From assembly GCA_034658815.1 (NCBI GenBank), contig JAYEFY010000048.1:62020-126019 (forward strand): a stretch of DNA of 64,000 nt, given 5' to 3'. A model generated the notes under the pieces. The model saw nothing but the letters and a program-made list of their open reading frames with translations, ran no database searches and had not been told where the DNA came from. This document shows, piece after piece, positions 39,229 to 48,506 of the stretch; positions within the stretch are counted from its first letter, which is position 1; every line of letters starts with the position of its first letter. Origin of the DNA: Patescibacteria group bacterium. Lineage in GTDB: Bacteria; Patescibacteriota; Minisyncoccia; Moranbacterales; DUUL01. The position numbers and the translations under genes were made by a program.

Positions 39229-39252
39229 CTGAGTTCGTGTTGTTTTTTAAGT

Positions 39253-39280
39253 GTAAAGCCGCCTTTGCTGGCGGCTTTAC
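39253..39280 (+). terminator. stem-loop after hup (gtaaagccgcc-tttgctg-gcggctttac), weak T-tract
   Basis: 11-bp perfect stem. The downstream U-run is poor, so it may be a rho-independent terminator or an RNA-stabilising hairpin. Confidence 0.4.
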
Positions 39281-39513
39281 TGCTGTCTGATTAAACCACT
39301 GGTTTACCGGAAGAATCAAGAGAATTTACAGCAAGAAAACCATCACTTATCATCTTAGTGCCGGTGTCAAACCGGCAAAAATAGAAACAACCGGTGTTAC
39401 AGCTAGTGGTAGTCCATTTAAAATTGTTTTATGTAACCCGATTATTCTTTTGAATGTTTTACATTATTGATTTTTTCATCTATAATACTTAATAAAGAAT
39501 TCAAAACAAAAAA

Positions 39514-39954
39514 ATGAAAACAATAATAAAAACAATTAAAATCACTACCGAGAAACAGTTAGAGTTTATTGATGTTACCAGTAAAGTTGAAGAGGTGTTA
39601 GACCTTTCAGGGATGAAAGAAGGGTTTATCGTCGTTTATTCTCCGCACACAACATCATCAATCATAATCAATCAAAATGAGCCGATGTTATTGCAGGATA
39701 TGACGAGAATATTATATAAGCTTGTTCCAATCGATGAACGATACGGACATGATATGTTTGAGCTTACTAAACATGTAAAATCTGATGGGCGCAGTAATGG
39801 CCATAGTCACTGTAAAAGTATTATTCTCGGGTGCAGCGAAACAGTTCCATTTCAAAAAGGAGAAATGATTCTTGGAAGTCGCCAAAGTATTTTTTTTGTT
39901 GAGTTGGATGGCAGTAGAAAGCGCGATTTTTTGGTACAAATCGTGGGGGAATAA
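39514..39954 (+). CDS. YjbQ/UPF0047 family protein
   Basis: Full-length match to the YjbQ pattern (FIDVT..V......G...G...V...HTT.S....NE...L..D.......VP...Y.H). Confidence 0.75.
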   Translation: MKTIIKTIKITTEKQLEFIDVTSKVEEVLDLSGMKEGFIVVYSPHTTSSIIINQNEPMLLQDMTRILYKLVPIDERYGHDMFELTKHVKSDGRSNGHSHCKSIILGCSETVPFQKGEMILGSRQSIFFVELDGSRKRDFLVQIVGE

Positions 39955-39956
39955 TA

Positions 39957-40083
39957 AGAGCCTGTTTGAAAATCCCACATCCTGCTGTAATTTCTTCTCC
40001 AGAAGCCAGAGGCAGACAAGCATATTTTGGCTGCCATGCTTCGGCAGGATCGCAACGGAGAAGGGTTTTCAAACAGACTCTTA
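39957..40083 (+). repeat. structured intergenic element, family 1 copy C
   Basis: aagagcctgtttgaaaatccc / gggttttcaaacagactctt outer stem. Inner hairpin ctgcc-atgcttc-ggcag. 12-nt insertion relative to A and B. Starts 3 nt after the yjbQ stop. Confidence 0.6.
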
Positions 40084-40168
40084 GTTTGTAAGTTCGTTAA
40101 AATGTTATTGGAAACAATACCTTATCGCATTCGGAAGAATGCGTTTTTTGATGCAAAGACCGCGGTGC

Positions 40169-40197
40169 TTGACAAACGATTTACTGTATTGTATAAC
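40169..40197 (+). promoter_or_regulatory. sigma70-like promoter TTGACA-17-TATAAC upstream of OmpA-family gene
   Basis: Consensus -35, 17-nt spacer, near-consensus -10, ~80 nt upstream of the ATG. Confidence 0.5.
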
Positions 40198-40277
40198 AAT
40201 GCAGAAGGTAGAAAGTACATTAAATTAGGAATCAATTTAATAACCTAAGGCTCAAAAAAATTACGGGAGGATTTGAC

Positions 40278-40955
40278 ATGATGAATCGGAAGAAAAAAAT
40301 GAAGTATTTGGTTGTTATGGTGGTTATGTTGTTCATGGTCGCGAGTTGCGCGACTACAAGCCATGACCAGTGGTCGAAACAGAAAAAAGGCGCGGTTTGG
40401 GGAACAGCGGGAGGCGCTGCTGCCGGTGCTATTCTTGGCCAAGTAATTGGCGGAGACACGAAAAGCACAGTATTGAGTGCTGTTGCCGGTGCTGCCGTTG
40501 GCGGTCTTGCCGGACACCAAATTGGCGGGTATATGGACCAGCAAGAGCAAGCGTTAAACAACGCGTTTGCCGCGTCAGAAGCGGCTAGTGTCAGGCGGAG
40601 TCGGGACGTATTGATCGCGTGTTTCGAAAGTGATTATATGTTTGATTACGATTCCGCTAAACTTAAGCCTGGAGCTTATACAGAGATCTCACGAGTTACG
40701 CGAGTTCTAAAACAGTATGGCCAAACGCGGCTGATTATTGCCGGACATACCGATAGGGAAGGATCTGAGGCATACAACATGGATCTTTCCGAACGTCGCG
40801 CCGAAAGTGTCGCAGCTGCTCTTGTAAATGAAGGAATACCGGAGCGGAGAATGACGGTGATCGGTTATGGCGAATCCCAACCTATCTCCTCGTCCGATGC
40901 CGTAAACCGGCGGGTTGAGATAATCATCATTCCGATCGAACAGCAACGTGGTTGA
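40278..40955 (+). CDS. OmpA-family lipoprotein (glycine-zipper + OmpA C-terminal peptidoglycan-binding domain)
   Basis: Lipobox VASC, Gly/Ala-zipper segment, OmpA_C motifs (FDYDSAKLKP, IAGHTDREGSEAYNMDLSERRAESV, VIGYGES). Visibly higher GC than neighbours. Confidence 0.8.
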   Translation: MMNRKKKMKYLVVMVVMLFMVASCATTSHDQWSKQKKGAVWGTAGGAAAGAILGQVIGGDTKSTVLSAVAGAAVGGLAGHQIGGYMDQQEQALNNAFAASEAASVRRSRDVLIACFESDYMFDYDSAKLKPGAYTEISRVTRVLKQYGQTRLIIAGHTDREGSEAYNMDLSERRAESVAAALVNEGIPERRMTVIGYGESQPISSSDAVNRRVEIIIIPIEQQRG

Positions 40956-40976
40956 TATTCATTTAGTTTAAAAAGA

Positions 40977-41013
40977 AGTGCCTGGCAGAGAATTCTCTGT
41001 TAGGCACTTTTAT
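40977..41013 (+). terminator. rho-independent terminator after OmpA-family gene
   Basis: agtgcctggcagag-aatt-ctctgttaggcact: ~14-bp stem including two G-U pairs, followed by TTTTAT. Confidence 0.7.
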
Positions 41014-41234
41014 CTTACCAGTCATGGAGATTGAGAAAATTACCGGCTAATTAGTACTTTCCAAGATTATTTCCCAAGGTTCAACCTCAAGTATTCTGGG
41101 TTGAACCTTAAAACCGGAATTTTTTACGCTGGAGCAGGCTTGCAGCCCGGTCCAGCGCGAGAAACTAAAGGACCGGGCTGCTAATACACATTTTAACCGG
41201 AATTAGCTTTTTAGAGCTCATTCTAGCAAAAAGT

Positions 41235-42287
41235 GCCATATGTGTTTAGACATTACCAAAATGTTTTATGCACACTCTTTTGTCGGTCTTTGTATTTTAA
41301 TTAAATTATAATTTTCTAAAAATTGATTAGGGCTTTTTCCATTTAAGCTACAATGCCTTAAATCATTGTAATACATATTCCATAATCTAACACGATATTT
41401 CAATTCATCAATACTAGCAAACTTTTCTCGAGAGTATAATCTTCTCTGATCGCTTCCATGGCTTCTTTCAACAGTGCCATTCTGAGCTGGCTTTCCTGGA
41501 TCAATTAAGTAGTGAATAATTTTATTCTTGGCGCAAAACTTATCCAAGTAGTGAAGCTTGGGGTTAAAGGGGTCGGCGCTTTTCAAATAACCGGTATATC
41601 TATTGGTAAATGTGGAATGATTATCTGTCTTTACGGCTCTAATTTCAAAAGGAGCCTTTCTAATTATTTTTTCTAGAAACTTAACAGAGTGGCAATTAGA
41701 TTGTTCGTCATATATTTCCATGTGTCTCCACCTGCTGGACAAGTCTATAGCTGTATACTGATAATATTGCTTATTGGCGACTTTTCCCGGAACATACTTA
41801 ACATCTATTTCAATTATTTCTCCGGGTTTCAATTCACTTCTAATATATTTATACTTCACTCTCTTAATTCTATATTTCCTGACTAAGCCTTCTGTTTTTA
41901 ATATTTTACCGACAGTTCTTTCGTGAATATTGATATTTTCATCTTTTAAATCCCATTTTATCTTTAAAGCGCATTCTTTCTTTTCTTTCCTTAATTCAAT
42001 AACCCTTTCTTTTACTCTAATGGAAGTTTCTTTGGGATTAGTTTTGGGCCTAGTTGATTTAGGAATCAATTCCTCCTCCCCATATTTCTTATACAAGGAA
42101 ATCCATCTTTCTAAACTTCTTTGGCTGTAAGGACATACTTTAGCGGCGTCTTTTAATTTTACTTCTTTGTTATAGATGGGAAGCACCCACCTTAACCTTT
42201 CTTCTTTAATTGTTTTTGGCATATTTATACACATACATGAGAATAATACTATTCTCAGAAAACCGCCATAGGTGTGTGCACATTACC
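41235..42287. mobile_element. IS481-like element bounded by imperfect 24-bp direct repeats
   Basis: gccatatgtgtttagacattacca at 41235-41258 and gccataggtgtgtgcacattacca at 42264-42287 (20/24 identical, same orientation) bracket the transposase gene. No clear terminal inverted repeats found. Confidence 0.45.
41266..42234 (-). CDS. IS481-family transposase (HTH + rve DDE integrase core)
   Basis: N-terminal HTH. KTDNHSTFT (D2), DPGKPAQNGTVERSHGS (E region). 322 aa single ORF, typical of IS481. Confidence 0.8.
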   Translation of the reverse strand: MCINMPKTIKEERLRWVLPIYNKEVKLKDAAKVCPYSQRSLERWISLYKKYGEEELIPKSTRPKTNPKETSIRVKERVIELRKEKKECALKIKWDLKDENINIHERTVGKILKTEGLVRKYRIKRVKYKYIRSELKPGEIIEIDVKYVPGKVANKQYYQYTAIDLSSRWRHMEIYDEQSNCHSVKFLEKIIRKAPFEIRAVKTDNHSTFTNRYTGYLKSADPFNPKLHYLDKFCAKNKIIHYLIDPGKPAQNGTVERSHGSDQRRLYSREKFASIDELKYRVRLWNMYYNDLRHCSLNGKSPNQFLENYNLIKIQRPTKECA

Positions 42288-42408
42288 AGTTTCGCTTGAC
42301 AAAAGATTAAAAGTGGTGTAGAATGTGGCTGAAAGTAGAAGAACAAGTTTTTTAAAAACCTAGATCCGAAATGAAGAACGGATTAAAAGAATATACGGAG
42401 GCATAACT

Positions 42409-42591
42409 ATGAAAAGGAAATCAATTTTTTTAGTTGCTATTGTGCTGATATTGGCTTTTCTCTCATTGAGCGTATTGAGTGGCTGTGCCACTCGAACATA
42501 CGAAAAAACATTCTCTAGAGAAACAAACAAGTTTCTCAAAGATGTACTCAGGCAAGGAGGAAAGGAAATAAGAAAAGAAATTTATGATTGA
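42409..42591 (+). CDS. small lipoprotein
   Basis: Signal peptide plus lipobox LSGC. C-terminal motif YEKTFSRETNKFLKDVLRQGGKEIRKEIYD is shared with the next gene. Confidence 0.5.
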   Translation: MKRKSIFLVAIVLILAFLSLSVLSGCATRTYEKTFSRETNKFLKDVLRQGGKEIRKEIYD

Positions 42592-42656
42592 CGATTCCTG
42601 TTTTAAAAATCAAGATGGAAGCAGGGAATAAAGAATAAAAGGAAAAGGAGAATGTC

Positions 42657-43121
42657 ATGAAGAAAAGCTTAGTAGTAACTATACTGGCAATCGGTTTTGC
42701 TCTTGCAATTTCCTTTCCGGCGGATGCCAGGAGACAAAAAGGCATCTCGGCAGAGGATGTAAGGGCACTGCAAAACATAGGGATTGACCTGCGGCACGCG
42801 TCCGCGGCAGAAATTAACCGAAAAGCCGCGGCGATTGAGCGGCTCGTGAAAACTCTAAAAGACCTCTCAAATGCGAGAATTTTGGAGGCAAAAGCCCGCC
42901 AAGAGGAAGCTAAAGCCGCCAAAGCTGAAATAAAACTTCAACAGCAGTTGCAAAAAGCCGGCTATACCCAACAGAAGAGGGCGGCTAAACAGCAGAGAAT
43001 AGACGCGAAAAATGATCCGTTCAATCCATATGAGCGAACATTTTCGAAAGAAATAAACAGAACCTTCCGAGACTTCCTCAGTCATGGACGCCGGGAGGTA
43101 ATAAGAGACATTTTTAAGTAA
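42657..43121 (+). CDS. secreted hypothetical protein with coiled-coil and conserved C-terminal motif
   Basis: Signal peptide. C-terminus NPYERTFSKEINRTFRDFLSHGRREVIRDIFK is paralogous to the 42409 product. Confidence 0.5.
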   Translation: MKKSLVVTILAIGFALAISFPADARRQKGISAEDVRALQNIGIDLRHASAAEINRKAAAIERLVKTLKDLSNARILEAKARQEEAKAAKAEIKLQQQLQKAGYTQQKRAAKQQRIDAKNDPFNPYERTFSKEINRTFRDFLSHGRREVIRDIFK

Positions 43122-43173
43122 CTTTTACTGTTGCTGTGTGTCCCCGTCTTGAAAATTAGGATGGGGACTCAAC

Positions 43174-43641
43174 TTGTATAAAATGGAAGACGGTAAAAAG
43201 GGAGAAATCATGGAAAAATGGAAGATCTGGGTTTTGATACCGGCAGTAATGTTAGTATTAAGTTTATTCTCTGCCTGTGCCGCGCCTCAGGCAAAATATC
43301 GCACAAAGGAATTCTTACCGTTTGCAAATGTGAAACCACTGGAAGTAAATCCAAATGTTGTCGAAAACATGAGCCGCGCGCAATATGAGGAATACATGCG
43401 CCGATTGAAAGAGTATAATGTTTGGGTGCGCGATACTGCTTATGCCAACGCTTATACGGCCTACGGTGAGAAGCAGTGGGTGAACAATGAAGAAGGGGGA
43501 CCTCCCATTCCCCCGCAAAATAATTATGGCATCCAAAGTTTCAGCCCATCGGTCAGTGTGTTCGGCAAAAGAAGCGAAGAGTATCGCAGGGCATCAGACG
43601 AACTGTGGCAACAGGTAAAAAAGGAGCTAGAATCGGAATAA
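43174..43641 (+). CDS. lipoprotein, hypothetical
   Basis: Signal peptide plus lipobox LFSAC. Confidence 0.5.
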   Translation: MYKMEDGKKGEIMEKWKIWVLIPAVMLVLSLFSACAAPQAKYRTKEFLPFANVKPLEVNPNVVENMSRAQYEEYMRRLKEYNVWVRDTAYANAYTAYGEKQWVNNEEGGPPIPPQNNYGIQSFSPSVSVFGKRSEEYRRASDELWQQVKKELESE

Positions 43642-43842
43642 GAAAAAACAACAAAGCAACAAAAAAACGGGCAATCCCATCGAGGAGAACCCGTTTTTTA
43701 TTTTGCCAAGAATGTGGTATTATGGGATTGCTACCATTATATATACGTGCGATTAATTTAAAGAAATAAGCGCTTGCGGACGCGAAATGTGTGTTTGAGG
43801 CAATTTTTGAGTGCGCGCTTCGAAAAATTTATTTAAAACAAA

Positions 43843-46215
43843 ATGACAATTGTCAATAAGCACAATAAGCGCTATCGTCGGATAGTAACAAAAATAAACA
43901 AGCTGGAAAAAGAAATGGCCGAACTGCGCGGTGATGATTTTTCGGCGAAAACGGCGCTTTTAAAAATGCGGCTCAAGTCGGGAGAATCTCTGGACGAATT
44001 ACTGCCAAGCGCGTACGCGCTGGCTCGCGAGGCCGCCAAGAGAGTGATAGGATTGAGAGCATTTAATGTTCAATTGCAGGGAGCTATAGCGGCTCATGAA
44101 GAAAAAATCGTTGAAATGAAAACAGGAGAAGGGAAAACACTGGCGATTCTTTTTCCGGCATATTTAAACGCTCTTGAAGGAAAAGGAGTTCATGTGGTGA
44201 CGGCCAACGATTATCTTGCCGAGCGTGATGCCAAGTGGATGGGAAAAGTTTACTCGTTTTTAGGTTTAAGCGTCGGGTCGATCACCAATAAAACGGAAGA
44301 ATTTGAACGCCAAGTGTCTTACTTGGCTGATGTAACGTACGTTTCAAATAATGAGGTCGGCTTCGATTTTTTAAAAGACAATATGCTCTATGACCGAAAA
44401 AATAAGTGCCAAAGAGATCTGCATTTTGCCATTATTGACGAAGCTGATAGTGTGCTTATTGACGAGGCGCAAACTCCACTGGTAATCTCTGACAGCACCT
44501 CGTCTGATGAAGACAGTAAAAAGCAATTCGTGGAGCTTAATTCGATAATCAGAGAACTGCGCAAAAGTATTGATTTTGAGATAAACGAAAAAGAGCGCGC
44601 CATTTCATTGAAGGTGGCCGGCGTAAAAAAATTGGAGACATTGCTTGGCGTTAATAATCTTTACGATTCTGAAATTGATTATCTCTACTACATTGAATGT
44701 TTGCTTAGAGCGCATCTGCTTTTTAAAAAGGATAGAGATTATGTTGTTGATGAAAAAAATGTTGTTATTGTCGATGAATTTACCGGACGGCTTATGCCCA
44801 ATCATAGATATTGCCAAGGAATCCATCAGGCGATTGAAGCCAAAGAAGGGCTGACGGTGCAAAACGAAGACAAGACGCTGGCCGCAATCACATTTCAGCA
44901 CTTTTTTAAACATTATAATAAAATGTCCGGACTAACCGGAACTGTGGCAACAGCCAGAAAAGAATTTCGTCTGATCTATAAGAAAGAGGTCGTACAAATC
45001 CCAACTGATAAGCGCATTATTCGTGATGACGTGCCTGACCGCTTTTTTCTTAATTGGAACGATAAACTTGATTATCTCGCGTGGTTTGTTCAAGAGCACT
45101 ACTTTAAGAAACGAGCGGTGCTTATTGGAACCCGGTCGATCAGAAAATCTCAGAAAACATATCAGGTGCTTATGGGGGAAAATATTCCAAGCGCCGTACT
45201 TAACGCGAAACACACTTCTCGGGAAGCGGAAGTTATCGCGCAGGCAGGGCAGCCTCAAACGGTAACAGTCGCTACAAATATGGCCGGAAGAGGCACCGAT
45301 ATTGGACTTGCGAAATCCGTACGTGATCAAATAGGGCTTGTGGTTATCGGAACAGAAAGACACAATACGCGGAGAATTGATGATCAGCTTATTGGAAGAG
45401 CCGGACGGCAGGGAGATCCCGGTTATGCCCAGTTTTTTGTATCAGCGGAAGATGAATTGATCAAGACCCATTTTAAGGAAGAATACATCGCAGAACTTAA
45501 ACGAAATAAGGAGTGGCCGGAAGGAGTAAGCAGCGCGCGATTGCAGGCGATTGTAAATAAAACGCAAAAACGGATGGAAGGCCTGTTCTTTGATCAACGT
45601 GTTTTAAATTATGAGTTCGACCGCATACTTGAAGCGCAACGAAACTCATTTTACCGCCAGAGGAACAGAGTGCTGTGTGACGACAATTTAAAAGAAGAAA
45701 CACTCGGTCTTTTGAAAAAATATGCGTACAGCCATATTATTTTGCCTCAACAAACACGAAGCAATGAGTTTTCGCAACAGCAGGCAGCCGCAATTTCCAC
45801 GGCTCTTAAAAAAGCCGTCATAAATAAATGGTTTCAACCCAATTTTGAAGCTCACTCCTATACAATTGCTGAAATGAGAAAAGAGGCCTATGAAAGTATA
45901 ATAAAATATTATAACAATGTTGAGCATTATGTGTCGGAAAAAAAGATGAGAAAGATTGAGAAGGCAGTTACCTTGAAGGTTCTGGATCTATTATGGGTGG
46001 AACATTTGCGCAATGTTGAAAGTATGCAACAGGCGGCACTGATCAGTTCGATCGGCAAAGCGAATTTTTTTGAAGAATATGAAATTGAAATGGCTAGGGT
46101 TTATAAGTCAATGCTTTATTCCGTGCCACGGATCATTTGCTTAACACTGCTTAGAGCCATGAATACTTTTCTTGTTTCCAACGAGAATAATAACAATGAA
46201 TATTCACGGCAATGA
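43843..46215 (+). CDS. secA: preprotein translocase ATPase SecA
   Basis: MKTGEGKTL Walker A, DEAD-like motor, TNMAGRGTDI, helical scaffold domain. Confidence 0.9.
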   Translation: MTIVNKHNKRYRRIVTKINKLEKEMAELRGDDFSAKTALLKMRLKSGESLDELLPSAYALAREAAKRVIGLRAFNVQLQGAIAAHEEKIVEMKTGEGKTLAILFPAYLNALEGKGVHVVTANDYLAERDAKWMGKVYSFLGLSVGSITNKTEEFERQVSYLADVTYVSNNEVGFDFLKDNMLYDRKNKCQRDLHFAIIDEADSVLIDEAQTPLVISDSTSSDEDSKKQFVELNSIIRELRKSIDFEINEKERAISLKVAGVKKLETLLGVNNLYDSEIDYLYYIECLLRAHLLFKKDRDYVVDEKNVVIVDEFTGRLMPNHRYCQGIHQAIEAKEGLTVQNEDKTLAAITFQHFFKHYNKMSGLTGTVATARKEFRLIYKKEVVQIPTDKRIIRDDVPDRFFLNWNDKLDYLAWFVQEHYFKKRAVLIGTRSIRKSQKTYQVLMGENIPSAVLNAKHTSREAEVIAQAGQPQTVTVATNMAGRGTDIGLAKSVRDQIGLVVIGTERHNTRRIDDQLIGRAGRQGDPGYAQFFVSAEDELIKTHFKEEYIAELKRNKEWPEGVSSARLQAIVNKTQKRMEGLFFDQRVLNYEFDRILEAQRNSFYRQRNRVLCDDNLKEETLGLLKKYAYSHIILPQQTRSNEFSQQQAAAISTALKKAVINKWFQPNFEAHSYTIAEMRKEAYESIIKYYNNVEHYVSEKKMRKIEKAVTLKVLDLLWVEHLRNVESMQQAALISSIGKANFFEEYEIEMARVYKSMLYSVPRIICLTLLRAMNTFLVSNENNNNEYSRQ

Positions 46216-47042
46216 AACAAAAAACGCGCAAACTGTTATCGAGAATCGGGGCGGCGCTTATGCTGGGGATGAGCTTGTTTAATTTGGGAGCGGTTTGGAG
46301 CAAGCAACGCGGAGGAAAAATGCCTTATAGGGTGCGGAATATTCGGAAAAAACACACCGAGAAAGTCGATTCAGAGACGCAATATGTAGCTGATATCGCA
46401 GAAAAAGAAGCACAAATTGTTTTGGCATTGGAACAAAAACAACAGGAAGAAAGCACTCAACAGCTTCAGGAGGAACTCGGGGCGATGCTCCAAAAAATTA
46501 TTCGCTACGCGGCAATTTCGACCTGGATTTTTTCGGCCTCAGTAATTTTCTCATCTGCTATTTTTAATTACCCGTTTGCGCTTGGCAAGGGAATTATGTC
46601 AATATTTCCGGGAGTTCCTCACGTTGCAGAACTATCGCTGCAAACTGAAAAAAAATACTATAAGGTCAATGAACAAGCGAGTATTGCTGTTTATTTGGAT
46701 ACAAACAATGAACAAGTGGATCTTGTGAAGTTGACTATCCGCTATGATCCTTCCTTCCTTGCGTTCAATGATTATGTTATTGATCAGAAATACTTTGATT
46801 CACTTGAAAAACGAACGATCAATAAAGATCAAGGGTTGATCTGTTTATCGTTCAGAAATTCGGATGGTGGAATTGCGATCGTAAAAAGTGAAGTGGCAAT
46901 GTTCCATTTTGATACGCTGCAAGAAGCAAAAACGTGCGGTGTAAGTATCGAAAAAAGTGAATCGGCGGTAATTAAACATAACACTGGCGCGAATAATATA
47001 CTTGGGAAAACATCTTCTGCCTCGTTTAGAATTGTTGATTAA
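46212..47042 (+). CDS. hypothetical membrane/secreted protein, translationally coupled to secA (ATGA overlap)
   Basis: N-terminal TM/signal, coiled region, C-terminal beta-rich region. No motifs. Confidence 0.5.
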   Translation: MKQKTRKLLSRIGAALMLGMSLFNLGAVWSKQRGGKMPYRVRNIRKKHTEKVDSETQYVADIAEKEAQIVLALEQKQQEESTQQLQEELGAMLQKIIRYAAISTWIFSASVIFSSAIFNYPFALGKGIMSIFPGVPHVAELSLQTEKKYYKVNEQASIAVYLDTNNEQVDLVKLTIRYDPSFLAFNDYVIDQKYFDSLEKRTINKDQGLICLSFRNSDGGIAIVKSEVAMFHFDTLQEAKTCGVSIEKSESAVIKHNTGANNILGKTSSASFRIVD

Positions 47043-47212
47043 AAGGGAGCCGTTTCCAGACCAGCTTCTGCCAAAAGTTGTTGATTTTGTTTGTTGTTAT
47101 TGTCTGTAGACAGTATTGATACTGGATACTCGGAATGGTTTTTGATGAGAATCAATTAAGAAATAGTCCCGCATATATTTTATAATTTCAAGAGACAAGA
47201 GCTGAAATAAAA

Positions 47213-48472
47213 ATGCAAACAAAACAGGCCTTTACTATTTATGATATTGAAGCTGATGAATTCAAAACTCCTGTTCAAAGCCTTCCCTTATGGAAACTTT
47301 TACTTGAAGCCAGCGGAGTTTTTGTAGTAATTACGTTTATCGTTTTTTTTATTGCCAACTATCAGTACATTCAAAGCCAGCTTGTCGATTGGAGACAAGT
47401 AAAAACCGATGGGAAAGATTTTGTTAAGGATAATGATAATGATAAAATGCCTGACTGGTGGGAGCAGTCTTACGGGCTTAATACAGCAGACTCAATGGAT
47501 GGGATGAAAGACGAGGATAATGATCTTATGCCGAATATTATGGAGTTTCAATTCGGCACGGATCCGCGAAATCCGGACACTGACGGCGATGGATATTTTG
47601 ACGGTGAAGAATATCTGAATGGGTATAATCCAAATGGAGTTGGAAGAATTGACACGGATAAAGATGGAATTCACGATTGGTGGGAAGAATCGAACGGTCT
47701 CAACAAAAAAGACCCAGCTGATAGCTTGCTTGATTATGATAATGATCAGCTCAATAATAAAGAAGAATATGAATATGGCACTAATCCGCGAAATCCGGAC
47801 ACTGACGGCGATGGTTATTCTGATAAGCAAGAAATTAATAGAGGATCTAATCCAATAGGCCGGGGTTTTCTTAATGAGACATCAAAGAATAGCGGCAAAG
47901 ATAAAGATCTTGATAAGCTTGAAATAGATTACGAAAATTTATTTGGAACAGATCCTGAAAATAGAGACACTGACGGCGACGGTTTTAATGACTATCACGA
48001 GTTGACAAGAGGATATGATCCCTCAGGTTCCGGCATGATAGACGCCGTTATTGAAATTCCATCAATTGATGTCGAGGCGCCGATTATTTGGTCTCAAAGC
48101 GAAAAGGAAAAGGAAATTTTGAATGATCTCAGCGATGGAGTCATTCATTATCCGGGAAGCGCTTTCCCCGGGATGCGCGGCAATGTTTATATAACCGGAC
48201 ACAGCAGTTTTTACAGTTGGAGTAAAAGCTCATGGAAAGAAATTTTTAAAGACATCGAACGGCTGGAAAATGGCGACGAAGTGATATTCCACCTGAAACT
48301 TAAAAATAAAAAAAATATTGATATTGTTTATGAAATTTGCTTGTCGGAAATTGTGCAGCCGGATGACGTTCGCTTGTTCAGAGATTATGAAGGATATGAA
48401 TTGACGCTTGTTACATGCTGGCCGATTGGAACAGATCTTAAACGCCTGATGGTAAAGGGCGTTCTTAAGTAG
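47213..48472 (+). CDS. sortase-family transpeptidase with N-terminal TM and three thrombospondin type-3-like Ca-binding repeats
   Basis: N.RNPDTDGDG(Y/F).D x3 (TSP3 D.D.DG..D). C-terminal sortase fold with conserved His (YITGHSSF) and TLVTCWP (TLxTC catalytic Cys). Confidence 0.7.
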   Translation: MQTKQAFTIYDIEADEFKTPVQSLPLWKLLLEASGVFVVITFIVFFIANYQYIQSQLVDWRQVKTDGKDFVKDNDNDKMPDWWEQSYGLNTADSMDGMKDEDNDLMPNIMEFQFGTDPRNPDTDGDGYFDGEEYLNGYNPNGVGRIDTDKDGIHDWWEESNGLNKKDPADSLLDYDNDQLNNKEEYEYGTNPRNPDTDGDGYSDKQEINRGSNPIGRGFLNETSKNSGKDKDLDKLEIDYENLFGTDPENRDTDGDGFNDYHELTRGYDPSGSGMIDAVIEIPSIDVEAPIIWSQSEKEKEILNDLSDGVIHYPGSAFPGMRGNVYITGHSSFYSWSKSSWKEIFKDIERLENGDEVIFHLKLKNKKNIDIVYEICLSEIVQPDDVRLFRDYEGYELTLVTCWPIGTDLKRLMVKGVLK

Positions 48473-48506
48473 CCGCATTTTAATAATTAATTTTTTTAAT
48501 TTATTA

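Noticed and set aside
39400-39450. tRNA-like D-arm string (agctagtggtag) downstream of hup
   Set aside because: No complementary acceptor stem, anticodon arm or T-loop (GTTC) follows, so it is not a tRNA.
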